Positions 11,345-22,678 of a stretch of DNA of 64,000 nucleotides are shown here, piece by piece. The stretch lies in the NCBI GenBank assembly GCA_020536535.1, contig JAHLWZ010000836.1, positions 25,513 through 89,512 on the forward strand, written 5' to 3'. Within the stretch, counting starts at the first letter, position 1. Every line of letters begins with the position of its first letter. This DNA is from Pelomyxa schiedti (Eukaryota; Protista; Evosea). The notes below the pieces were generated by a model, which worked only from the letters and a program-made list of their open reading frames with translations, was not told where the DNA came from and did no database searches. A program made the position numbers and the translations under genes.

Positions 11345-12040
11345 ATGAAGGCTGGTCTGGTGTTGGTGCTGCTGGCGGTATCAGCTGTCTCAGCATGGGA
11401 AATGAATAGCACCGCGTTGCGCTGGTCGATGGGTAACCAACTTAACGCCAACAAAAAATCGATCTAATAAACCTCAGATTCGCACTACATGCAATGCGGG
11501 GCGTCCTACTCTGGCAATGAGCTCGGCACTTGCTCTGACGAGACCATATGCACTGCTGGGTGTGCTATGACTAGTGTGACAAACATGAACAAGCACTGTG
11601 GGGGAGGAAAGGACCCTGGCGAGATGAACTCCTGGCTCAAGTCCAATGGAGGATATTCTAGCGGCTGTCTCATTGTGTGGGCCAAGCCCTGTGATTTGGG
11701 AAACATGGCTGGTGGGGTATGTGTTCTTATTGGAGACAGGTGCCGACATATTAACAACCAAAATGCTAACTTTAGACTGTGACCTATTCTGCTAGCTATA
11801 ACAGTATCTGCAGTGATATTAACAATGGCGTTGGATATGTAATTCAAGTACTCAGCAAGTCTCACTATGTGCTTGCCCACGACTGTGACACAGCGTATGT
11901 TCTCTTTTTTTTTGTTATAGTTGATCTGCATTGACTTGTTCTGCAGAAAGACATCCTACAAGGTGTATGATCCTTACTACAGCACCACAGAATATGCTCA
12001 TTCTGGTGTCACTGAGTGGGTCAAGTACAAGTGTGCGTGA
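11345..12040 (+). CDS. Secreted papain-fold C39-like peptidase
   Basis: Signal peptide; YMQC...GCAMTS (oxyanion Q and catalytic C), SHYVL (H) and VYDPY (D). Confidence 0.7.
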
Positions 12041-12290
12041 CATCCCTAAAAAGATTTGAAGTTTGTTTTTTTTCCATTCCGATTGTTGGGGCAACCCACC
12101 AAGACCAAACCACGCCTGATGGATTCCTGTAAAAAAGGGCGATGAAGTTTCCCGAACAGCATCGATTGTGGTGTGGGAATGCTACCCTTGTCGCCCCATC
12201 ATGAGAACACAAGAATAGAAGGGAAAAGGGAAAAAGGTCCGGAAGCAAAAAAAAAAGTGTTTCCCGGCCAGCACTGACACAGTGGTGCAG

Positions 12291-14436
12291 TCAACCACTT
12301 ACATGAATGACGTTGTCATTGAGGAGTTTGATGTGGGCAACGTTTTTGACCCTCGGTGGAATTTTTGCTTGGCTCAGAGTGGACATTTGAATGTGGGATG
12401 TCAGCGATGCGAAGGTGCCGGGCTTCACAATCATCACCAAGGGCTTCTTGATTGGGTAAAGTCTGTAGTTGTAAACTGTTTGTCTGATGGCCTGGTCCAT
12501 TTTCTCACTCAGCCCACTCACCTTTTTTTATTCATTTGAAAGTTAGTGAATGAGAACAGAGCCTCACGTTGTGGGAGAATTCAAGAATTTGAGTACTTAC
12601 TGTTTCCGTGTCAAGAGGAGAGTGCAGTTCCACATAAGCATGATACCTACTTACAGTATCGTCTTGGAAGAATGTGAAGTCTACAACGTTGGATCCAAAC
12701 ACAGTGGCCATTATTTTGCGAAGGTGAATCTCATTGATGTTCTCACCGAAGATGCTCAAAACGGAGCCCACTCTATACGCAAATTTTATCTGCAAACTCA
12801 AAGAGTGAGCGAAGAATTGACAGTTGCAGGAATGGAGAAGAAAAAAGGAGTGAGAACGAACCTCTGGGCATTGACCCTCAAATCCAACCAACTGAATGGC
12901 ATCCCCAATTCGGTATCTCCACAACCCAGAGAAGTTTGTCAGAACCACTTCGTAAATGTGTCCAACAACACCCTCTTGTGGCAAAATGGCTCCACCAGTC
13001 CCCGCACATCGTTTGGCTTCTTCTTCATCCACAGGCATGAATTCAAAAAAAGCAGCATCAGCAAGAAGCCGGAATTTGTTTTCTTTGAAGGTGCTGCTTG
13101 GAGGAGGAAGTGCCATGATACATTCCGATGCTCCGTACATGAGTTCTCTGAACTGTATCCCATCTCCAAACCATCTCTCCAATTCACTGACATATCCCAG
13201 TGCTGGATTCGGAACATTGGACACAATCAAGTTGAGCCGTGGGAAAGCGTTCTGAACCCAACCAGGCATCCCTGGTGGAACTCTCGATGCGGAGGCCCTC
13301 AACGCGGAAGCGTGAGAAGGCATTGGTGCGTGACTGAGTTGAGGAGGTGGAACTTCGCGGTGCAGAGTTCCGTGTTCCACGTCAAAGACGAGGCTGTCCC
13401 AGTCTCGAATCATGACTGAAAAGAAGGAGTGAAGCATTCCGGCAAACGGAATTGTCAGACAAACGACGTCGCGGTAACTTCTCAAAGCCCACAAGGAGTG
13501 AAGGTACATTGCCGGTTCCACCCATTCTGCTGCCTAAAAGAAACCTCTGTCAAAGTCAATCGAATGGTTTGGAAATAAATACTTGATAGACTGCAAAAGG
13601 TGATGCTGACAGAAAAGGGATCAAGTTCTTCACTCTGAGGACTATAATGGGGCCCACTGCACCCTGAGTGATTCCTCCAGGGCTCTTTTTCACCCCCTGC
13701 TGAGTATTGATATTCATGTACAACCCCATGGACTTAGGGTTGTTACTGGCCATATAAGCGCCAGTCATACACTTGTCAACGTCAATCTTGGTTACTGGAA
13801 CCAATCTCTGAGGCCCAGTTGTCCCTTTGACAAAAAAAAAAAAAAACCCAAGCATCAGTACGCCAGAAACGTAAGCATGCGGCCACTTCCCCTCGTCTCA
13901 CTAATTTGAATGTGTGGTGCTAATACAAAACAGTTACCGGTTGTTGCAGTCAGCAAAGAAATAGGATCCGAGCACAAAGAGGACTTGCAGCCAGTCTGTG
14001 CCACTTTGTCAACATCCGCAGCAATGTCCGAATAAGTGCACAGTGGAATTCTGGCTCTGAATTGCTCCATCGTGCGCACACCATCGTTTGCCATCATGAT
14101 TCTGTGCTTGCGGGCGAAATCGCAACCCCCGTTCGCGCAGCTTCTTCGCAGGATTGACTGCAGAAGATCCCTCTGAACTTGAACGAAGTTGGCCTGGTTC
14201 TTGACAATTTGGTGAGCAAGGCGCCGTCTGTTGGCGCGATCAACCAACTGCATGGCGATGACCTGGAAATTACAATGGCGGAGAGTCATCCAATGCGAAA
14301 AGTTGAAACCCAAAAAGAATGGGGAAGAAAGGAAACCACTCACCCCAACGCGGAACAGAGCATTCACAACGCTTTGCCTGAAGATGAAGACCAACGAAAC
14401 AACACCAAGAGCAGTCAGCACTCCACAACACACCAT
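12291..14436 (-). CDS. GH3-family acyl-adenylate/amido synthetase (GHDC-like, N-terminal TM), copy 1
   Basis: TTGTTG...LVP P-loop, YGASE, FFEFMP, YEVVLTNFSGLWRYRIGD, and C-terminal PGTF...QAKIPPR. Confidence 0.85.
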
Positions 14437-14486
14437 CCGGCTTTTCCAGAATTTAGTTGTTTTTACACTGAAAACTCGACGCGATC

Positions 14487-14563
14487 TGGCTGGAATAAAA
14501 TAATCAACAGACCGGAACGCTGTACTTTTCGTTTGGATCGGCGGTCTGGGGTTTTTTCAGCCA
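14487..14563. repeat. Dispersed ~80-bp inverted-repeat element, copy 1
   Basis: GAATAAAATAATCAACAGACCG...GGATCGGCGGTCTGG-T-run; similar to 16799-16881 and 35381-35459. Confidence 0.75.
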
Positions 14564-14693
14564 TCTTTTGATTGAACCGTTGTTGAAAGTGAGGAATCTC
14601 CGGCCTCGCGGAACTACATTCAGAAGAAAATCACTTTCGAGAAGGCTACTTTAAGTATGTTTCCCGAACAGCAGTGATTGTGTTGTGGTGCAG

Positions 14694-16790
14694 TCAACCA
14701 CTTACATGAATGACGTTGTCATTGAGGAGTTTGATGTGGGCAGCGTTTTTGACCCTCGGCGGAATTTTTGCTTGACTCAGAGTGGACATTTGAATGTGGG
14801 ATGCCAGTGACGCAAACGTGCCGGGCTTCACAATCATCACCAAGGGCTTCTTGATTGGGTAAAGTCTGCAGTTGTAAACGGTTTGTCTGATGGCCTGGTC
14901 CATTTTCTCACTCAGTCCACTCGCCTTGTTTTGTTTGTTGTGGAACGTTATCATTGGATGAATTGGAAGTTCAGTTGCTTACTGCTTCAGTGTCAAGAGG
15001 AGAGTTCAGTTCAACATAAGCATGATACCGGCTCGCAGTATCATCTTGGAAGAATGTGAAGTCTACAACGTTGGAACCAAACACAGTGGCCATTATTTTG
15101 CGAAGGTGAATCTCATTGATGTTCTCACCGAAGATGCTCAAAACGGAGCCCACTCTATACGCAAATTTTATCTGCAAACCCAAAGAGTGAGCGAGGAATT
15201 GACAGTTGCAGGAAAAAAAAAAGGATGAAGGATGAATGGAGAAGAAAAAAGGAGTGAGAACGAACCTCTGGGCATTGACCCTCAAATCCAACCAACTGAA
15301 TGGCATCCCCAATGCGGTATCTCCACAACCCAGAGAAATTTGTCAAAACCACTTCGTAAATGTGTCCAACAGCACCCTCTTGTGGCAAAATGGCTCCACC
15401 AGTCCCCGCACATCGTTTGGCTTCTTCTTCATCCACAGGCATGAATTCAAAAAAAGCAGCATCAGCAAGAAGCCGGAATTTGTTTTCTTTGAAGGTGCTG
15501 CTTGGAGGAGGAAGTGCCATGATACATTCCGATGCTCCGTACATGAGTTCTCTGAACTGTATCCCATCTCCAAACCATCTCTCCAATTCACTGACATATC
15601 CCAGTGCTGGATTCGGAACATTGGACACAATCAAGTTGAGCCGTGGGAAAGCGTTCTGAACCCAACCAGGCATCCCTGGTGGAACTCTCGAGGCGGAGGC
15701 CTCAACGCGGAAGCGTGAGAGGGAATTGGTGCGTGACTGAGTTGAGGAGGTGGAACTTCGCGGTGCAGAGTTCCGTGTTCCACGTCAAAGATGAGGCTGT
15801 CCCAGTCTCGAATCATGACTGAAAAGAAGGAGTGAAGCATTCCGGCAAATGGAATTGAAAGACAAACGACGTCGCGGTAACTTCTCAAAGCCCACAAGGA
15901 GTGAAGGTACATTGCCGGTTCCACCCATTCTGCTGCCTTAAATACGACTCTGTCAAAGTCAATCGAATGGTTTGGAAATAAATACTTGATAGACTGCAAA
16001 AGGTGATGCTGACACAAATGGAAGCCTGTGTCTTCTCTTGAAAACAGTTATTGGGCCCACTGCACCCTGAGTGATTCCTCCAGGGCTCTTTTTCACCCCC
16101 TGCTGGGTGTTGACAGTCAAGCACAGCCCCATGGACTTAGAGTTATAGATTGACACATACGTTGCAGTGATCCACTTGTCGATGTCAATCTTGGTTACTG
16201 GAACCAATCTCTGAAGCCCAGTTGTTCCTTGATAAGAACATAAGTAAGACAGCAATATAAATGCGTGTCGGCCTTCCAGCAACACCCACCGGTTGTTGCA
16301 GTCAGCAAAGAAACAGGATCCGAGCACAAAGAGGACTTGCAGCCAGTCTGTGCCACTTTGTCAACATCCGCAGCAATGTCCGAATAAGTGCACAGTGGAA
16401 TTCTGGCTCTGAATTGCTCCATCGTGCGCACACCATCGTTTGCCATCATGATTCTGTGCTTGCGGGCGAAATCGCAACCCCCGTTCGCGCAGCTTCTTCG
16501 CAGGATTGACTGCAGAAGATCCCTCTGAACTTGAACGAAGTTGGCCTGGTTCTTGACAATTTGGTGAGCAAGGCGCCGTCTGTTGGCACGGTCCAGCGAC
16601 TGTATGGCGAATACCTGACAAGACAAAAAAAATAAGCAGTGACAGTTACCAAGGCGAATAAACCGCGAAAAGAAAGTACCAGAAGAAACCACTCACCCCA
16701 ACGCGGAACAGAGCCACGCACAACGCTTTGTCTGAAGATGAAGCACAACAAAACAACACCAAGAGCAGTCAGCACTCCACAACACACCAT
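14694..16790 (-). pseudogene. GH3-family copy 2 (tandem duplicate) with an apparent 1-bp deletion at ~15700; pseudogene or assembly error
   Basis: Near-identical to copy 1 over most of its length. GGAGGCCTC here versus GGAGGCCCTC at 13291-13300 shifts the frame. Confidence 0.7.
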
Positions 16791-16798
16791 CCCGTAAA

Positions 16799-16881
16799 TG
16801 GCGGAATAAAATAATCAATGGACCGGAACGCTGTCGTTATCGTCGCTCAGGATGGGCGGTCTGGTTTTTTTTTTATTCCCA
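16799..16881. repeat. Dispersed ~80-bp inverted-repeat element, copy 2
   Basis: Terminal inverted repeat GGAATAAAA...TTTTATTCC; inner stem GACCG/CGGTC. Confidence 0.75.
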
Positions 16882-17118
16882 CTAGGCTTTTTTCTTTTCT
16901 AGATTTTGATGTTTGGAAACAACCCGAACTGATTCCGTGCCTTCATAAGGTGGTGAACAACACCATCGTAGTGTCTCACACTTGCATTGCTCAGATCAGC
17001 ATCACTCCAGGCATGCAAGCAGAATTTACGGAGAAACGCCCAAGTTTGCCGCAAACACCCAAGTTGGTTTACTAACTACGGTAGTTCGTGGTAAGAAACG
17101 CAACTTAAAAGCCACCAA

Positions 17119-19373
17119 ATGGCAACGGATGCCCGTTTGTGCCCCATCTGCGGGCGAGCGTTTTTCCACACCGGAGGGTGCCAGCCCTTGGCCTGGCCCG
17201 CCTGCGGCCACCACGCGTGCACGTGCTGCGCCGTGGCGATGGCCCACACAGCCCTCCTTGCCTCCCTCCCGCGTCCCCCACCGCGTCTCGTCTCTGCGGC
17301 CGCCGCGACGCCCACTATCCCTTCTGCGTCGGCCTCTGCTTCTGTTTCCTTTGTCATTCATTGCCCGCAGTGCAATGGAGGTGCGAAGCTCACCGTTGAC
17401 GACATTTCGTCATCAAGGTAATGGGAGATTAGTAATTATGGGTGGGGGTCAGACTGTTGCCGCACTATCTCTATCTCATTAAGCAGTTAGCACAAAATTA
17501 ACTCTTAGGTAGGTGCGTCGAAGAGGCTGTTGTGGCGGTGCTGAAAACAGATAGCAGTCTTTTACAGGAGAGCGAGGCCTTGAGGGCGCCACAGCTCGAA
17601 GCGGAATCGCCCCTGTGTGCCGCAGAGTGCGGAAAGAAGGCCACATTCTTATGCGTTCAGTGCAACAATGCGCCGCTGTGCGAGGAGTGCTTCCCGGGAT
17701 TGCACAAGTTCCAGTTCCAGAAGGGCCACACCAAGAAGAGCATCGGTGAGATGGCGGCGATAAGAGACGCGGAGAGGGTCCTCAACACATCCAATTGCAG
17801 GGAGCACTTTCAGCCGCTCACCATTTTCTGCACACAATGCGATACTCTGAGCTGTGTTGTGTGTGGGCAGTTTGGGAAGCACAGAGATCACTCTGCCAAG
17901 TGCGTGCCTGTGGTCGAAATGAAGGAGAAGTTGATGGCGAAGTTGACCACAGTTTTGGATCAGTGTACAGCTTTGCAAAAGCGGATGAATGCTTCGGAGC
18001 AAGAAATAAGCCTTAAGTGCACAACTCTCGCTCAGAATTCTGGAGAAGTGGAGAAGTGTATCAACGCGTTTTTCGATTCATTGTTGGAGGACATTCAAAG
18101 AAGGAGGAATCAGCTACTCACACAGCTGAATCTTCTGCACTCCATCTCCTCAGAAAACCTAGAGATTCAGAGGCTCTCAACAAAAACTGCCAGGGAGTTC
18201 CTCCAGGCCCTGGCCCAGCAGAAACCACAAGCAGGGGAAACCTCTCCGAAAAATTCTTCGCCCCCTTCACCCGGTAGTGCACTTCCAACCAGTGCTGATG
18301 CCGTTGTTGTTCTTCAAACCGAGGAACGAATCCAAGTTCTTCAGAACATCCTGAAAAGGCTCTCAGCCGAGAGCCTTGACCTCTCCCCGTGTTGTTCGCC
18401 AGTGTGGAAGTGGGAAGTGGATGACAGTTTGCTTAAGTCCCTCCAGAATATGTGCATCACAACAAATATTCCAGTGAGCAAAGGTACTACAGTTCAAACT
18501 GTTGTGACCCAAAGTACCCCTGCGTTTTCAATCACGTTCACAACACTCAATGGGCACAACCAGGTTCCACCAACTACAGTTGACTACACTTCTCCATATC
18601 AGAAGAGTGTCATACTGTCGGGTGGGATTCAAAAGTGGGTCGTTCCATCAAGTGGAAAGTACAAGATCACCGCCGTTGGTCCGAGTGGTGGAAATAGTGC
18701 CTACTTTCATACTACGGGGGGCCTTGGTGCTGCCGCTGTATCAGTGGTGGAACTGAACGAGGGGACTATCGTCAACATTCTGGTTGGGCAAGAAGGCGAG
18801 GGAGACAAGAGCACAGGGGGAGGAGGGGGAGGTACGTTCATTTGGGAGGCGAACGGAGACGAGGGGCCCCTCGTTTGTGCCGGAGGTGGTGGTGGTGCAG
18901 TACAGACGGCAGGCAAGGATGCCAGTGTGACACCAGACGGGACACACGGGAATGGGCTGACATCTGGGGGTGGCGTGAATGGCGGCGGTGGAACACCAAG
19001 CGACCCTCGCCAGCGGGCAGGGGGAGGAGCTGGCTGGCTATCCGATGGCTGCCAAGGGGAAGGGTACACCATCAAAGCCGGGGGTGGTGTGTCCCCACTG
19101 CGAGGTGGTGGGGGTGGCACCTTCGGGGGGACCCAAGAGCGTGTTGGCAGCGGTGGGTTCGGCGGCGGTGGTGGAGGGCAGGGCCAGGGGGTAGCCCTTG
19201 GGGGCGGTGGGGGTGGCGGATACAGCGGCGGGGGGCCCGGGGCTCCCAATGGTTCACTGTTCCTGGGTGGGGGCGGTGGGGGTTCCTTCTGCAGTACCAA
19301 ATGTCAGCAGACACACATGACAGTGTCCCAATCCAGAGGAAATGGCTCCGTCACCATCGAGAACCTAGCCTGA
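17119..19373 (+). CDS. TRIM-like E3 ligase: RING + 2 B-boxes + coiled coil + ALK/LTK-like glycine-rich domain
   Basis: CPIC...CGHHACTCC...CPQC RING; CVQCNNAPLCEEC...H and CREH...FCTQCDTLSCVVC...HRDH B-boxes; GGIQKWVVPSSGKYKITAVG followed by GGGGG tracts. Confidence 0.85.
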
Positions 19374-19425
19374 GTCACCAGGTGACCACCAAAATTATGC
19401 ATAATTTTTGTTTTTCCTCATTTTG

Positions 19426-20379
19426 ATGGTGTCGGTGCCCGGGAGTAGTAAACGGCGGTACGTGAACTATGCACAACACTCGGGATCAGTAGATGTGCTA
19501 CGAGAGCTCCATTCTTCTTCGACCTTACCTCCATACGACGTAATTTGCCTGTTTTTTTTTTTTTTTTGTTTTTTTGTTTCGTTGTAGTGTATTCTTACTT
19601 TGCAAGGGCAGGATGGTTGAGCAGCTTGCATTGGCTGTAAACCATTGTTCCACTTCCACTTCTCCCTCGTCTGCGCACGACTCTGCGTCACCGACTCTTG
19701 ACGAGTCGGATACTCCCAACTTGGTTGGGCAGTTGGCGGCGGCTCGCTCCTACCGCTGTGCCATGGCATACTTGTGTGTAATCTTCTATTATTATGATAA
19801 AGTACTCTATCCAAAGCTAGTTTCACTTTATCTTGTTTTAATCAATATGTGTTGTTTTCTGCTCCCTATATCATGATAAGAGAGACAATAGAAAAAGAAT
19901 TCTATTATGCGCGTGCTGAACAATTTTGTAGGACAGCAAGATTGGACAAAATTCGCCAAATGAGATGGGAAGTGGGCTCAGCACTGCCAGATCAATTACG
20001 GGAGAGAATGTCACCGCAGGAACTTTCGTTCCACATGGGTTACTGCCGACTCCTTGCCGATTACATGGCTTCTATAGGCATGGACCTCACAATGGTACAG
20101 AAACACACGGTCATGCAAACCCTAATCCCTACCTAATAGGACCTTTCTCACCCACCTGTAAGTAATGATGACATTTACGTCGAGATTCGAGGTACCCCTC
20201 AAGCAAGTGAAAGCAATACCACTTCCACTTCAGCCGAAGGCGACCCTTCTTCAGCCGTGGAAGTAGTCACAGAAACAGGAACCATTGTTTTGGACAACAG
20301 AATGCAGTTTGTAAAAAGGTGCCCGACTGTGGATTCCCTCATCAAGCAAGGCCTTATTGCACACGTACCCCATTCTTAG
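19426..20379 (+). CDS. PSF1: GINS complex subunit Psf1
   Basis: VLREL..LPPYD start; RLDKIRQMRWEVGSALP...MSPQELSF...YMASIGMDLT; PP..DIYVEIR; EVVTETG; LIKQGLIAH. Confidence 0.85.
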
Positions 20380-20429
20380 TTACATAAGAATGAAAGAATC
20401 ATCAAGAAAAATTTTGTTTGTTTAACAAA

Positions 20430-22458
20430 TCAAGGCTTCTTTACTGTTACGTGTGTGATGGAGGAAGGGGCATGGGGTTTGAAAACACTGTAGGAAAAGT
20501 CCATGGGGAACGAGCCTGGGTTTGCGAACCAAGATTCTTCAACTTGGTGGGAGTATTGCATGCATTGGTCTCCAATCACGGTCTGAGTGGTGAAAGTTAA
20601 TGACAGTCAAAGGAAATGTGGGGCTTACCAGGTGTGGGAGTGGGAAAAGGAAAAAGGCATGCTCAAGGGTCCAGTGAATTGGCCGAACGAGTGTTGAAAG
20701 AGGGCACAGATGTGCTTGTGAGGCCAGTGTCTTTGCAAGCTGGAATTGGAGAATGTTAGACACGAATTGAAATTGGGATTACCATAAGGGATGGTGGCAC
20801 GGCGTCAGAAGTGCTATACGGAGTAATGTTGTTTCTAAATAAGGAGCTGAGAAGGTCCTGACGGAATACCACTATTTCTTGCGTGCAGTACCGTATTCTA
20901 TAATTATGTTATACACGAGGTTATGGAAAGCAGTAATACCTTGCTGGATTTGTGGGAAAAGAAACTTTCTCCAGTACTGTTGTTAAAGGTTCAATCAGGC
21001 ACGTTGGAAGTGGAGGATAAGGTAAAGTTCTGTTGAGATTTCCACAAGGATCGTTGGGGCCTGGAACAAAAACGAACCTGGATCGCGAAGGGAGAAAAAA
21101 ATCTCAGAACAGTCAAAAAGACTACCCTACCTGGTAGTTTGACAGATCGACGAATGTTGACTGAGCATATTCGCCAGGGAATTGAATAGACCTAGTACAT
21201 GACTGTAGTCACTTCCACCTCCGTAAGGCCGACTGAGAAAATTTCCAAGCATAACAATCATATCAGGAGGGGAGTCATCACACCCAGAAAGGAGTGTATC
21301 AAGATTTGCCATTACCTTTGGAGTAAGACGGGTTACTTCAGGGGAAAAAGACTGCAAATGGTAAGTACTTGGGAGTTATCTATCCACACGTCAGACAAAA
21401 AGAAAATTCTGGCCTCCGGGTTTTCCTCTTCATATTGCTTCAGTTGTGACTGGAAGAAGTGTCAAACATTGGTTTTGGGTGTGGAAGACCAACCATTATT
21501 TGCGAATTAGGACACGCCCCAAACAAATCTATACCTCCAAGTGAAGCAAGGCTGGCATCGCGGTGCTCAGGCGGTGGTTGTGCCAACGCATTTACTACAA
21601 ACACGCTTTCTTTCATTTGCCCCTCTGCAAGTACAATGGAGTTTTCAGTGAATACTGACTGCTCTGGCACGAGCATCTGGCATCAATGTGAACCAAATAG
21701 GAATAAGGGTTTCTTTACACACTGCATTTGTGATGTCTATTGGTACTAGTGATGAAGAACTTTCAAGGTGAAGTTGACCGCCACGTAAACGGCTGAGAAC
21801 ACCAAGCACAACTGATGTAGATGACGTACCAAGAAGAGACTCCAAGGCTGTCAACTAGAAATCGGTCAGACTTTGGAGGAGCACATTGTGTGGGGTGACT
21901 TTTAGGAGGAAAGGCATCTGACAGGAGTAGTGGCAAATTTGGGACTTCGAAGCTGTCTTTGATGAATGACATTGTAACGTCGATCAAACACAGTCAACTT
22001 ATCTTGAGCAGTACCGAAAATCGATGATGGCTTCGTCACACTGTGTGATGGTGAGAAATGGAGGGTTTTTTTAGGGGTGCACCGACGTTGTGAATCCATG
22101 CTTGGCAGGATTGAATTCAAACTTGGGCATATCGTTAACAGTCAAAACAGTAAACAGGCTCTCAGTAATGGATTGAGCCGCGCTGCTGACTTTGGAAATC
22201 CAAGTTGCTGCCAAACTTTCATCCACGACTGCACTCTTCGCTTTCGGAACGTAAAAAGCGAGACCCAAAAGAAAACGAGAAAGTAAAAGACTCACGGGGT
22301 TCATCTTGGAGGAAATCGGCGATAGCGTCGTACGAGTCCGGCGACGAAACTAAATGCGCAGCTAGAACCGCAGCCGCCTTTGGCGTAACATTAAGTCCCA
22401 ACAACTTGAACTGAGCCGCCACACGCTCCGGTGTCCATTTCACCACCCCACCCAGCAT
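20430..22458 (-). CDS. POLE2: DNA polymerase epsilon subunit B
   Basis: LHLESSSSLVPIDIT, FTENSIVLAEG, FFLSDVWID, MLGNF, FVFVPGPNDP, RYCTQEIVVFRQDL, LASQAHLCPL, NPGSF. Confidence 0.93.
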
Positions 22459-22678
22459 CCCAGATCCAAAGACAACAAAAAAATGAAGATCACAGGAAGA
22501 AGCTCTGGGACTCATTTATTTCGATGTTCGTGAGGCCATGAGGCGATTTCATACAACTCTTGACACCATATAATGCCGGATCGAAGGAGACCCACTCATC
22601 TGAATCTGCAATCTACAAATTGTTTTTTTCTCTCAACAAACGCCCGTTTGTTGTGTCGGTGGTGTTGTGGTGTCGAAG

